Shown here one piece after another: positions 30,350 to 41,640 of a stretch of DNA of 64,000 nucleotides (within the stretch, counting starts at the first letter, position 1; each line of letters starts with the position of its first letter). Source of the DNA: Trypanosoma brucei (taxonomy: Eukaryota); the NCBI GenBank assembly GCA_000002445.1, contig CP000070.1:288001-352000 (forward strand), in the 5' to 3' direction. The notes under the pieces were generated by a model that made no database searches, was not told the origin of the DNA, and saw only the letters and a program-made list of their open reading frames with translations. The position numbers were made by a program, and so were the translations under genes.

Positions 30350-32872
30350 ATGAGGCCCACACCAGACCAGACTAAGGAACAACAAAACCGTTTTCGGAAG
30401 TCATTGGAGGGACTGTCAGTAGTTGAGAAAATCACGGATTTTTTGCATGCTGTGTGCCGAGTGTCTAATGGGCGGGGCTCTGCCATCCTCGTGGGTCTCC
30501 CGCGTCATCACCGGCAACAATTAGTTTTCCTCAACAATGGCCATACGAAGAGCCGGCACGTTGGCGGACCCGAGGGACGAGATGAACAGCGAGAAGCTGA
30601 GTGTAGCGGTGTACTGCTTACCACATCATTTGTCTTTCCTAACAGGGATGAAGCACAAGGCTCGAGTGTAACATTCTTGGAACAACCCGTCGTTGGGACA
30701 AGTGCACGGCATGGTCGCCCGATTTGGTCTGTACAAGCACCCGTGTGTGCTGACAAGGTATTTTATCAGCACGTGAACGCGAATTTACCGAAGAAGCACA
30801 ATCCACAACCGCCGCCTCCGCCTCCGCGGGGGATGTATGGCACGCACGATGCCGAAAGCAGAAACAACGGGCCCTATACATTTGCCGACAGTAACATTTC
30901 CAGCACGTTTGGCTATGAGGAAGACGGGGTGCTCGGTTTCACCTTCACGGTGTGCAATATGAAATCGTTACACTGCCCTCGCCAGTCCGCTTTCTTTTCT
31001 CGCAGATCTTCTCTAGCGGGTAAGCCGCAGCGTCCCCCTCCATCGGGGGATCCGTTCGATTCTTTCACAGATTTTCAGTCATCCAACAACTCCACATTCC
31101 AAGCAAAGAGTTCCGAAAGGGTTTATAGCCCTCATAGCTCCATATCGGAAATGAGCGTCTGCGGGTCGTTTGGTGGAAACGCTAATTGGCGGTCGTTGAA
31201 AGGAATTAGTTCAAGGAGCCCTATTAGGCCCCTTCCTCTCCCTCTCCTTCTGTCAAATCTCCCACCAGTTCGGGTGGGGGACACACATCTTATTGTCGCG
31301 CACATCAACGGCAAGGAGCGGCGCTCTGTTGTAGTGGTTGTCAAGAGTGTAGAGAGCGAGTATTGTGAGTATGATTTCTTTGATCTCGAATGGGAATACA
31401 GCAGCGGTGGCCCGATTTTTGATATGCAGGGGAACTTTATAGGGATTCAACATCAGGTTGGTTTTAGCGCCTACGGCATATTCACCACCGCCATTGTTCG
31501 TGACCTTTTTAAGTCGATGCGCCTCGGCATATGTCGCATACCAATTGGGGATACATCAAATGACATGGCAGAGCGAAGCGTGCACTCGGGAACAGGGGAG
31601 GATGCGCTCAGTCAATTGTTTCGTGTTGAAGGGGGGCATTCCAACCTGAACGTTGGAGCTGGTGATCAAATAATTCCCTTTGAAGACTTTCAGCGGTTGC
31701 ACCTGCGTGACACAATTAAGAAAACAAAGTTGTCATCTGCTGGGGATCCCCCCACGAGTGACGCAGTTTGGGAGGAATTTCACACGGATTTCAACAGCAT
31801 CGTGCTCATGCTCCACGCCTTTGCACACGCGCCACAGATAACAAAAACAGCGCTTAGGGAGATGGCGAGCAATGAATACACAAAGTATCTCCCGAACGCC
31901 GCTTCTATGGGGGGAATTGGGATTCTTCTAGAAATCATTGATGAATACGCAAACGACGTGGAGATCGTGTTGGCCGCCGTAATTGTTCTCGCACGTGTGT
32001 CTCTCTACAAACTGAACCGCGAGACCATATACAGGTGCGACGGCATTCTCACTTTACTTCACATTATGGATGAATATTCTTATTATCCTTCTATACAGCA
32101 CTGGGGGTTTTGTTGCCTGCGTAACGTGATGGATGTCGATTCAGTCGTTCGGGCAGAGGCCGTTGAGCTCTTTGCCCAGTGCGATGGCATTGATCTCGCC
32201 ACAGAGGTGATCCGCTTGCATAAAGATGAGAGGCATGTGATGCGTCAGGCCTCTTTGGCACTCAGCTGTGTTGCACGTGAGCATGCAAAGCACGCAGAAG
32301 CAATGGTGGTGTGCGGCATTGGCAGCACACTCGCTGAGGACATGAGAAATAAGGCGGAGGATTCCTTCACATTTTTTGGTTTAGTATCGTTGCTGTACGA
32401 GCTGCTACACTGTATTGCAAGCAGTAGTGGGGTGGTTCCTTCATCTGACGACCCCTCGCGGTTGCTGCGTACTGGGAAACACGACTGGGATTATGAGAAT
32501 TCGCTTGATTTAGGTGTCGTCACGCCACGCAGCTTCCTCGTGAGCGAATCTGGAAAGTTGCTCCTACAAGAGCTAAATGAAGGGCATGTGCTTCAGTTAC
32601 TCAGCGATGTCATGGAGAGTACTTCCCACGAGACGCTGTGCGGAGACTCTTTGAGGTTGATGACCGAATGCGCCGGTTCCGTTTTCATATTATTGATTCT
32701 AACTGGCTGTTGTGAAGAACCAATTGTGAAGAGGTTGTATGGGGCATGTGATCGTCTTGTGGTCAAAAATCCAAGCGAGGCTGCGCTGGTCCGCAGGTCG
32801 AAAAACATAATGTGCTGGGTCGCTGCATGTGCCCCGCTCTGTTGTAGTAAGGAAGAAATCTGCCTTGTATAG
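30350..32872 (+). CDS. hypothetical protein with chymotrypsin-fold (trypsin-like) domain-like N-terminal half and ARM/HEAT-like C-terminal half, 840 aa
   Basis: GSAILVG…LVFLNNGHT (His region) … YSSGGPIFDMQGNFIGIQHQ (GxSGGP…G.IGI Ser region) in the order expected for chymotrypsin-fold peptidases. The C-terminal about 300 aa is helical-repeat-like (…GGIGILLEIIDEYANDVEIVLAAVIVLARVS…). Confidence 0.55.
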   Translation: MRPTPDQTKEQQNRFRKSLEGLSVVEKITDFLHAVCRVSNGRGSAILVGLPRHHRQQLVFLNNGHTKSRHVGGPEGRDEQREAECSGVLLTTSFVFPNRDEAQGSSVTFLEQPVVGTSARHGRPIWSVQAPVCADKVFYQHVNANLPKKHNPQPPPPPPRGMYGTHDAESRNNGPYTFADSNISSTFGYEEDGVLGFTFTVCNMKSLHCPRQSAFFSRRSSLAGKPQRPPPSGDPFDSFTDFQSSNNSTFQAKSSERVYSPHSSISEMSVCGSFGGNANWRSLKGISSRSPIRPLPLPLLLSNLPPVRVGDTHLIVAHINGKERRSVVVVVKSVESEYCEYDFFDLEWEYSSGGPIFDMQGNFIGIQHQVGFSAYGIFTTAIVRDLFKSMRLGICRIPIGDTSNDMAERSVHSGTGEDALSQLFRVEGGHSNLNVGAGDQIIPFEDFQRLHLRDTIKKTKLSSAGDPPTSDAVWEEFHTDFNSIVLMLHAFAHAPQITKTALREMASNEYTKYLPNAASMGGIGILLEIIDEYANDVEIVLAAVIVLARVSLYKLNRETIYRCDGILTLLHIMDEYSYYPSIQHWGFCCLRNVMDVDSVVRAEAVELFAQCDGIDLATEVIRLHKDERHVMRQASLALSCVAREHAKHAEAMVVCGIGSTLAEDMRNKAEDSFTFFGLVSLLYELLHCIASSSGVVPSSDDPSRLLRTGKHDWDYENSLDLGVVTPRSFLVSESGKLLLQELNEGHVLQLLSDVMESTSHETLCGDSLRLMTECAGSVFILLILTGCCEEPIVKRLYGACDRLVVKNPSEAALVRRSKNIMCWVAACAPLCCSKEEICLV

Positions 32873-33623
32873 GTTTGAGAAAAAGCGCTTATCCGTTACG
32901 TTCCTTATGGCTGCTTCGCGTTTACTTGTTATTTTCCACGACTATTTGACTGTGACGGCTGTGTCTGATCGCATGTTGTCTCACCTAGAATAGCACTTCC
33001 GCAGAGGGGGAGGGGAAGGGGGTTGCTGAATCGCCGTGCCGCACCCAATGTAATTGCCAAATGTATTTCTGATCGGTGCATTTAATTGAGGACCTAGATC
33101 TGTACCGCGAGTTTGAACCGTGTTTTTTAGCTCTGTTTTCGTCTTCACCACATGGTTGAAAATGTCGTTCATTTGCACTCAATTTGTACATGACTAATTT
33201 GTTGACAGAATACTTGCCACACCCTTTTACTTGCTCTCCCCTTTGCCGTATCCTAAGGCCCTATTATCTTTTTCTCTTCTCTTTTTATTTCGTATCAGTG
33301 GCATCAATCAGTGTGCAAAAGAGGCGCGAAAGTGACTCACCGGCAGCGGAATAATTTGATGTGGGGTTTCCCCCCTTATCTATTGTTTTTTTCCCCCGGG
33401 TTTGCACACACACAGATTGTAAGTACCGAGGTGCCGACAGATTGCATACGCCACGCGTGTCGTTTTTTAAAGCCCGATACGTAGTCATTTAGCAACGGGA
33501 ATAAAGGTGGGACCATTTGAGACAACAAATGCTTGAACTGCTTTGCAACGTTATATATCTAGATACGCACGTGCACATTTTGCTTTCCTCTCCACATTTA
33601 GTTTTGTTCAAACGCTAGCGAGA

Positions 33624-35933
33624 ATGAATGCCAACGGGGTACCCACGGGCTCTGCCACTGCTTCACCTGCGGATCTGCAGCAACCGTTGCTTGGGGCCGA
33701 AGTGTCTGTTCCGATAAAATATCGGAAATACGAGGCGAGTTTGACTTTTTCTCAAAGCACACAGCGCCTTTCGATAAAGCGCACGACACGGAGTGGTAAG
33801 ACTGTCTGCATGGTGAATATTCCAACGTGGAACATTGTAAACATTGTGACCTCTACTGAAGCCCTTGCAGGAAACGGTCGCTGCCGTCGATCAAAGGCAG
33901 CGGCAAGGAAAAGCGAGTGGTCACAAGCGTCTGTTCCGCCGACATTTCCTCAGACTTTCAATCCTGCAGACTCTTCCCAGCGGTATCAGCCAATAGCCCG
34001 AGTGGAGTCCAGCATCTACCCTGTGTCCCGCGCGGATTCCTTTTATTCTTCCACTGCTTTGCCACACTCAAGAACAGCTAGCGGGGCGCGGGGTGGGGCC
34101 ACCACATATTTGGTGTACTACGTTAAGAAAGCAAAAGGGCAGATACCGAAGATATCGACCACAGAGTTCACGGCGGCGACAAGTATGGCATACCAACAGG
34201 AAGCACACAGCACTGTTCAGTGTATATTGAGCGCTATTTACCCACGAGGGTGTAAAAAATTGTTGTTCTTCATTAGTGCCAAGTCGGGTAAAGGCAACGC
34301 ATTGAGCATTTACAAACGTGCTGTTCTCCCGGTGGTGCAGGCATCGAGGCACGAGTTTCAAGAGATTATTACGACGCGTGCACGACACGCGGAGGATTAC
34401 GTAGCAGACCTCGGAAATGATATGAGTGACAAGTACGTTGTTGTTGCCGTGGGCGGTGACGGAATGTTCCACGAACTGGTTAATGGTTTGAACAGAAGGC
34501 GCAAGGCTGCTGCTTGTTGCGGTGCCGACGCTGCGGCGGGGGGGACAGTTGTTGGCCGTTCCAACGGCAGCACGAACGATTTTTCATTGGTGGGAGATGA
34601 AACAGAAGTGAGCGGGTCCAGTAATAACGGCATTCAACAAAAAGCATCGCAGGACCATGATGCACCAAATGATTGGCGAGACGAAACCACCAATGGTGCA
34701 GCAACTAAGTTGTGTACAAGGGGGTTCGCATACTTGAAGGCCAACAATATCGATTTTTCCCTTCCCGTGGTAACCAAACTGCAGTGCCCGCAAACCTTAC
34801 CACTTATTGCCACCATTCCAGCTGGTAGTGGGTGTGGAATGGCGAAAACGTTTAATGTAGACAACATAAAAGAAAGCGTGCTTGCTCTTGTGCATCTAAA
34901 TGCGTGCTCCAAGAGTACAATGAATGTGACTGGCAGCCAAAGGGAATGTGCTAAAACGCAAAGAGATTGTGACGGGGCGAATGGGGTAAGGAAAGGAGGC
35001 GTATCGCGTAGGGGTGATCAAGTTGGCGTGAAGACAAGGAGCGGCAGGAGTGAGAGATCAACACAGCACAATGCTGAGCACGTTGAGCGAGTCGCTTGCA
35101 TGTCGTGTTCGTTTGGTATTATAAATGACATTGACCACGGGTCGGAGAAACTGCGCTGGATGGGAAATGCCCGTTTCACTGCGTATGCGGCATTTCTTTT
35201 GTTGAAAGGGGTGCAAATGTATCAGTGTCGGTTGAGGTACTTACCATGGGTAGGGAAACAGGGACAACAACTGCAGAAGATTGAACCTTCGGACAAGCTC
35301 CCGAACGCAGAGGAGCTTCCTAACTGCACATACACGGATCAGTGCCCTCACTGCTCGCAGTACAAAGTAGCAACGGAGTCTGCCTCCAGAGTTGACTGCG
35401 TGGCTTCCACTCTCACTTCTTTTCCTACTCTTGTCAACGAAGAGTGCAGCGTGCCAGCGGTGGAAGGTAAGGGTAAACACTCGCTTCCGTCTGATTCCAA
35501 TGACTCTATCACCCAACCGATGCCTTCGCAAGAAGAACAGAGCGTAGACTTTGAAGATGATAGCCTTTCATGGGTGACAGTTGAGGGTAAGTTTCTCAGT
35601 ATATTTATCAGCAATATACCAAACGCCTCAAAGGACGCCATCATGACGCCTTATGCACATTTAAACGACAACTCTATCGATGTTGCATTCGTTGTAGAAA
35701 AATCGAGGAAGGTTGGTCGAAGTGATTTTGTGAATATTTTCACCCGTGTGGAAAAGGGTGATCACGTCAAGTTGCCTTTCGTTAGTTATGTGAAAGCACG
35801 CGCCATTGAGCTGGAGGCAATTGAGGGGGATATTATGATTGACGGTGAGGTACTACCAGTGAACAGAGTGAGAATCGAGCCACAATCCCGAACATATGAA
35901 ATCGTGCGCGGCCTGAGTTTGCCTGGGAAGTAG
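33624..35933 (+). CDS. SPHK: sphingosine-kinase-like lipid kinase (DAGK catalytic domain)
   Basis: DAGKc motifs LLFFISAKSGKGNALSIY and YVVVAVGGDGMFHELVNGL, with long low-complexity inserts typical of trypanosomatid SPHK. The ORF opens at 33543. MNANGVP at 33624 follows a pyrimidine tract and AG. Confidence 0.7.
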   Translation: MNANGVPTGSATASPADLQQPLLGAEVSVPIKYRKYEASLTFSQSTQRLSIKRTTRSGKTVCMVNIPTWNIVNIVTSTEALAGNGRCRRSKAAARKSEWSQASVPPTFPQTFNPADSSQRYQPIARVESSIYPVSRADSFYSSTALPHSRTASGARGGATTYLVYYVKKAKGQIPKISTTEFTAATSMAYQQEAHSTVQCILSAIYPRGCKKLLFFISAKSGKGNALSIYKRAVLPVVQASRHEFQEIITTRARHAEDYVADLGNDMSDKYVVVAVGGDGMFHELVNGLNRRRKAAACCGADAAAGGTVVGRSNGSTNDFSLVGDETEVSGSSNNGIQQKASQDHDAPNDWRDETTNGAATKLCTRGFAYLKANNIDFSLPVVTKLQCPQTLPLIATIPAGSGCGMAKTFNVDNIKESVLALVHLNACSKSTMNVTGSQRECAKTQRDCDGANGVRKGGVSRRGDQVGVKTRSGRSERSTQHNAEHVERVACMSCSFGIINDIDHGSEKLRWMGNARFTAYAAFLLLKGVQMYQCRLRYLPWVGKQGQQLQKIEPSDKLPNAEELPNCTYTDQCPHCSQYKVATESASRVDCVASTLTSFPTLVNEECSVPAVEGKGKHSLPSDSNDSITQPMPSQEEQSVDFEDDSLSWVTVEGKFLSIFISNIPNASKDAIMTPYAHLNDNSIDVAFVVEKSRKVGRSDFVNIFTRVEKGDHVKLPFVSYVKARAIELEAIEGDIMIDGEVLPVNRVRIEPQSRTYEIVRGLSLPGK

Positions 35934-37418
35934 CACAGTTGAGGTGTGTGTCTATGTGTGTGTGTGTGTGTGTTAGGTGCAGGTGCGGGTACATGACATA
36001 ACTATTTTTTCCACCTTTCACTGCCCCATCGCGCGAGCATCGCATCGATTATGTGAAGCTACCCTTTGTATTTAACTACGCCTGTACATCTTCATACATT
36101 TACCGTTTTTTTTGTTTGCCCTTGCGCGAGGTATCGTGTCACACGTGTTTCTGTAACGCCTGTAGAATTGTTACGTATGGGCATCACCCATGAGAAACCA
36201 TCGCATCTAGGCGTGTGCCATCTGCTTTACCTCCCCACAAGAAAAAAATAATTACATCAAAACGTGCACAAATACATAACAGCGAAAAGTGCATTGAGGA
36301 GGATTGCCTTTATCTTTTTCTTCTTGTATTGAAGGCATGAACTAAGTGGTAGAACATTTGGTTGCGATCGTACCCCTCCACCCATTCAGCAACCGTTCAT
36401 GCTATTTTTACCTTGTTATCTTTCGTGCACATTTACACGCCTTCCCTCGTATATAATTTCTCTTCGTTTTTCATCTAGTTCTGTTTCTTCTGTTTTATTT
36501 TTTTTTTTTGCCCCCCTTGCACCATTAGCCCGTTCTTCATCGCATGAAATTGAAAATTCATGCAGTGAAACGGATGGCACCACTGCGACGACAAACATTG
36601 CTGTTATAATTGTTGTTTGTCACTTCACGTTCGGCCTCATTTCACTTCTCTTTCTCTCTTTTAACTGGGCAGTTTTAAGTCGTTTTCATTGTTTTGGTTT
36701 GGTCCCCTCGCTTACACTTAAATGAAGATAAACAACGAATGCGACCATGCCGCCCAATATTGCTGTTTCCTCGATGGTTTGTCGCAGACACTTCGCTGCA
36801 CGGCCATAAAATTTTGCTCGCTTCTTTTTCTCTTTTTTTTTTTAAGTACTATTCGTCTCGTCCTTTGTTGGTATTATATTTGTTGAAGGAGGAGAGTTAT
36901 GTGAGGAGGCCCTCTCAACCACTCAGCAAATTTCGAGGAAAAGGAAAAGATGTAGCAATTGGGATGCTTTGTGGGAATCGTTGCGTCTCTCACTTTGTTT
37001 TTTATTTTTATTTACTACTCTTTTTTTTTTTTTGAGAAGGCGTGTATTTCGAAGGAGGATAAATAGAAGTGATGAATATTTCAAATATCTCCTTGTATGT
37101 ATATATATATATATGCGGTTTACTTTAATAGTTCCTTCACTTGCTGTCCCCTCCCCCCTCTCTCTCTCTTTCTCTCTATTCTTTCCGTTTATTTGTATTA
37201 ACTTTTTGTGTTTCCGTAGTCTTATGATTAGACGTGTGTTCAAATAAACACGCAAGTGGTAACGTTGCATTCTACAATATTTCTGCTTTTGTGCACCTTT
37301 TATGGTACAGGTGTTGCTGAAGGTGCATAATAGAAGTACGGCCCACCATCATCACCACGTACGGTTTTCGTGATTCTGCGACTGGTGTCAACAAAAGGGA
37401 AGGGTACTCGAGGAGGAA

Positions 37419-38405
37419 ATGCAACGCCGCTTGCAGTGTTGTTTAATGCGTGTAGCGCGCTTACATTCGGCAGCATTGATGCATAATACAAATGGTTGGC
37501 TTATGATATCTTGCAGAACCGTACACATTACAGAGAGTGAGGCACAGTCGTTGGTACATTTGTCTGAGGCGCTTTTTTCTGATGAGGCAAATGCTCTGGG
37601 AGTATGTCTACCCGATACCAGCCTTAACCTTGACGGAGAAAGTGGGGAAGGGGATTTATATACTGAGACACTCACAACAGAGAAGTATATGGATGTGCTC
37701 GTTAGTTCACCAACACAAATAGATACGAGGGGAAATGTTTCTGCTTCATCAACGGATCTGATGATGCCGCTTACGCAAGCGGTGCAAGAACTGAAGTTAT
37801 GTCAGCAAAGAGAAGATCAGCGAGCCATTTCTGCAGCGCTTTCAACAGCCATGTGTGCGTTGATGGGAAGTAGTTCATCTCCTTCCAGTGCTGCTGCAGC
37901 TGAGTTATTGTTAGCCGGTGCAGACTTGAAAGCAATCATTTCTGATGGTACTATTCGACATATGTGCATTGAGGATAAATGCATGAGTCGATGTGATTTT
38001 TCCACTTTGTCACTACTTTCTGTACAGGCAAATCGCGTGGATTTCTCGCGCAGTCTCTTTTATGCTGCTGCCTTCCATAATTGTGTGTTTAGGAACTGCT
38101 CTTTTGAGGGGTGTGTACTGAAGGAACTCCGATGTTTAGGAGATGTGTGTTTTGATGGATGCTCCTTTTGTTTTGCGAACATATCGTTACGTATACCTCA
38201 TGAGAAACCGAGGCGTATTTCGGTATCTTCGGCTGCCACAGAAGGCGTGGGAAGGTATTCTGCGGAACATGCTGTGATATTTAACCGCTGTGATTTTGAC
38301 CTCTGTGATTTTGATGGTTGTGATACCCTTCCTGCATCTTGCTTTACGAACTGCACCAATACTCACCTCGCCGCCAAATTTTCGTCATGTGTGAGAACAT
38401 CATAA
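37419..38405 (+). CDS. Cys-rich pentapeptide-repeat-like protein, copy 1 (328 aa)
   Basis: C-terminal half has 5-residue periodicity with a central F/L and Cys at i-2: VDFSR SLFYA AAFHN CVFRN CSFEG CVLKE … VIFNR CDFDL CDFDG CD. The N-terminus is basic and Cys-rich. Confidence 0.7.
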   Translation: MQRRLQCCLMRVARLHSAALMHNTNGWLMISCRTVHITESEAQSLVHLSEALFSDEANALGVCLPDTSLNLDGESGEGDLYTETLTTEKYMDVLVSSPTQIDTRGNVSASSTDLMMPLTQAVQELKLCQQREDQRAISAALSTAMCALMGSSSSPSSAAAAELLLAGADLKAIISDGTIRHMCIEDKCMSRCDFSTLSLLSVQANRVDFSRSLFYAAAFHNCVFRNCSFEGCVLKELRCLGDVCFDGCSFCFANISLRIPHEKPRRISVSSAATEGVGRYSAEHAVIFNRCDFDLCDFDGCDTLPASCFTNCTNTHLAAKFSSCVRTS

Positions 38406-39526
38406 CTGTTGAAACTGCAAGATGAATGACACGAAATAAAGAAGCTTTCGGCTACTATTGGGTTGCCTTGCGTCTGTTTATTTGTTTCATTACTTGAACG
38501 CTTATGTCTGAAGAAGTGAAGGATGGGGTGGAATGTTAAAATGCAGACTAAAACTTTCCCCACGCGCTTAAATGCATTCACCATCAAGTGGGATCTGAAG
38601 GAATACTTATCATCCCCTTCAATTATTGGTACTCATCCATCAATACATGCAACCCAATCAGGTATTTACTCTCTGCTCCAAACAACAAGAATCAGTTACG
38701 TGCGTCATTGGATTTACACGTCCTCTCCTTTTTTTTTTCGTTCGTTTTCAAAATATTCATTTGAATGTGTTTTGACATTCTTCTGTATCATCATTACACT
38801 TTATCTGCAGCGATGAGGTTTGGGAAAAGGGAAAATGTACGAATGGCCGTGCGACTTGCTTCTTTCAGTTCCTTTAACCTTATTGAGTTTCCTTCATTGC
38901 TGTGTCGTGCTGTACACAACACTTTGTGTGCTGGTTGGAATTATGTGGGGATGTTTTTTTTTTTTGCATTTCCCTCTCCACACAGTAAGCCCCTCATCAT
39001 CATTTTCACATTTCTCATCAATCAACATTATAAATACCTGCCCATTGGGTTGTCTGTTACGTGATATGCGTGTAAAATATTCTGGTTCCTTCCTTTCGCA
39101 TGTTTCTGTGGATACTCGAATGTACATATATTTTTTCCTAATCATTTTCCATGCTATTTCTTCCCTATCACTCTTATGGGAAAGTTTGTTTGTCCTGTAC
39201 TTACGAAACCAAGCGCAAGTACATTAGTGTCATACCAATCAGAAAGGTTCGCAGTATTATTCTTATTCTTATTGTGCCCGTGGTATATATATATATATTT
39301 ATATATATACGTACATATATACACCTTTCTATTATTCTAGGTTGGTGCCTTTTTAAAAGTCTTCCCATTAGTTTTTTTTGTGAACATATCCCTATTACTA
39401 GCACTGCCACTGTTACTGTTTGGCTCCTTCTTTGAGTGAGCGCCTGCATCCATTTAAGTGTATATTTATTATTTTTTCGGAAACCACAACCAATTGAACG
39501 ACTACTAAAAGCAAACCAAACAAAAG

Positions 39527-40228
39527 ATGATGGAAAGTATGAACCTTGAACAACCACCACGACTAAACGCCGACCCCTGGCGAGATATGGAGCCAAAGGT
39601 GGATGCAATGCTAGGCGATCTACTCATGATATCTGAGCGTTTCCGAAGGATCGTAAATCCGACAGTGTCTGATGCAGATGAATTAATTGAAGCCATCAAC
39701 TCTGTGGGTGGAGAAGTTGAGACGATGCGGGTCGCTTTAGACACTACGATTGAGCGGCCGGAACTCTTTTCTGTAGATGCGGAAGAATTGAAAAGACGCA
39801 CGGAGAAAACTCGCTCGTGGGAGCGCGATGTTGCGAAAGCCATCGAGTTGCGATCAAAGATATTATCAAACCGTGAAGGGCAAATACAGGATCCACTTGA
39901 GAGTAACGTAATGACACCAAATACATGGGTTGATTTGGACACAACTCATATTCATCCATCAGCTCAGTCGTCGCATATGCCAATGAATAGTTGTGAAGCG
40001 ACTACTGACACATCTGTTGGTGTTGTTGAGTCTCAAGCTCTTATGCCAGTTGGAATACCCATACGTGAGCAAACAGTGAAGGCATCCGAATACTCAACCG
40101 CAAGTGTCGAGGTGCATACAGTGGATGATGTGGATGATCCCAATAATGAGGGATCTCTACTAAAGTACGTATTGGTTATCCTCTTAGTATCATCCATTCT
40201 TGTAGCAATATCGTTGATTTTCTTCTGA
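39527..40228 (+). CDS. tail-anchored membrane protein, copy 1 (233 aa)
   Basis: Soluble helical/acidic body with a single C-terminal hydrophobic segment LVILLVSSILVAISLIFF as the last residues. No signal peptide. Confidence 0.65.
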   Translation: MMESMNLEQPPRLNADPWRDMEPKVDAMLGDLLMISERFRRIVNPTVSDADELIEAINSVGGEVETMRVALDTTIERPELFSVDAEELKRRTEKTRSWERDVAKAIELRSKILSNREGQIQDPLESNVMTPNTWVDLDTTHIHPSAQSSHMPMNSCEATTDTSVGVVESQALMPVGIPIREQTVKASEYSTASVEVHTVDDVDDPNNEGSLLKYVLVILLVSSILVAISLIFF

Positions 40229-41640
40229 TTTTTTGATACTGAACTTTATCTCCTCTAATTGTTTCTTTTTGCGTGACTATCCTTCATCCTATGTTAAACG
40301 AAAGTAGGAGCTTATGTTTACGTATGTAGGTGCGCATTTTCTTTGTGGAAATATGTATGCATGCGTGTGGTTTTCTTTTTCATTAAAGCCTGCGAGGTGA
40401 ATGATGGAGTTTTGCTTCATATTTTATACAGAGATTGCTTAATTTGTCTTTCAGTTTCTAACTGTTTTTACCTTTTATTTCATTTATCGTAATGAAAGCC
40501 TACACTGAGCACAAGATACAAACAAGCGGTGTAGGGGAATGCTGCAAGTAACATTTGTAGTTTAAAAGTTATAACTGCAACTGAAAAGTCTCCCAATGGG
40601 CGCAGAAAGGTTTACAAACTTTACAGCTCTAAGAGCTTTCGCAGAAGCATATGCGCAAACGATTTTGTCGCCCAATATTTGGTGCTGGTACGTTACATGT
40701 GAAAAGTTCAATGATATCTGAAGTAAGGGAAATGACATCCGTATTTCTCTCGGATGGGGGGGGGGGGAAAGAAGCTTGGTTTCACATGTTCGGGTTAATC
40801 CTTGATATCCTTCAGCGTAATAAGACATAAATTCATCCTCAGCTCTGTCGAACAGGCGCGAGCGAAGGTTTTGGAATGAATGTTGGGCTCTCACGTAATG
40901 CAACCCCAATCCTTTTCAACGTTGCAAAATGACTTAAGGACAACTGCTTTGATAAAGATGGGGTATACACGAAAACTCACTGTTGAAGCGGGAACACAGG
41001 CATTTGATTAAAAGATAGTTAAGAATGATGAAAGGCGACAACTATAAAATGCAGGAAAATATTATGTTAGCCGCGGGAGCAGGTTTAATGAAGGGCGATC
41101 GAGTAACATAAATGGAAAACAGCGGCGAGTACATGGACCACTTAAATAAATGACAAAAGTGCAGCACCTTGCGCAATTGAAAGAGATGCTTTGTGGGAAT
41201 CGTTGCGTCTCTCACTTTGTTTTTTATTTTTATTTACTACTCTTTTTTTTTTTTTGAGAAGGCGTGTATTTCGAAGGAGGATAAATAGAAGTGATGAATA
41301 TTTCAAATATCTCCTTGTATGTATATATATATATATGCGGTTTACTTTAATAGTTCCTTCACTTGCTGTCCCCTCCCCCCTCTCTCTCTCTTTCTCTCTA
41401 TTCTTTCCGTTTATTTGTATTAACTTTTTGTGTTTCCGTAGTCTTATGATTAGACGTGTGTTCAAATAAACACGCAAGTGGTAACGTTGCATTCTACAAT
41501 ATTTCTGCTTTTGTGCACCTTTTATGGTACAGGTGTTGCTGAAGGTGCATAATAGAAGTACGGCCCACCATCATCACCACGTACGGTTTTCGTGATTCTG
41601 CGACTGGTGTCAACAAAAGGGAAGGGTACTCGAGGAGGAA

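Larger units (their letters stand above)
36963..40268 (+). repeat. tandem duplication unit, copy 1 (3.3 kb, two genes)
   Basis: Near-identical to 41185..44487 (offset 4222, then 4219 after a 3-bp microsatellite indel). The copies are separated by a 916-bp unique spacer. Confidence 0.92.
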
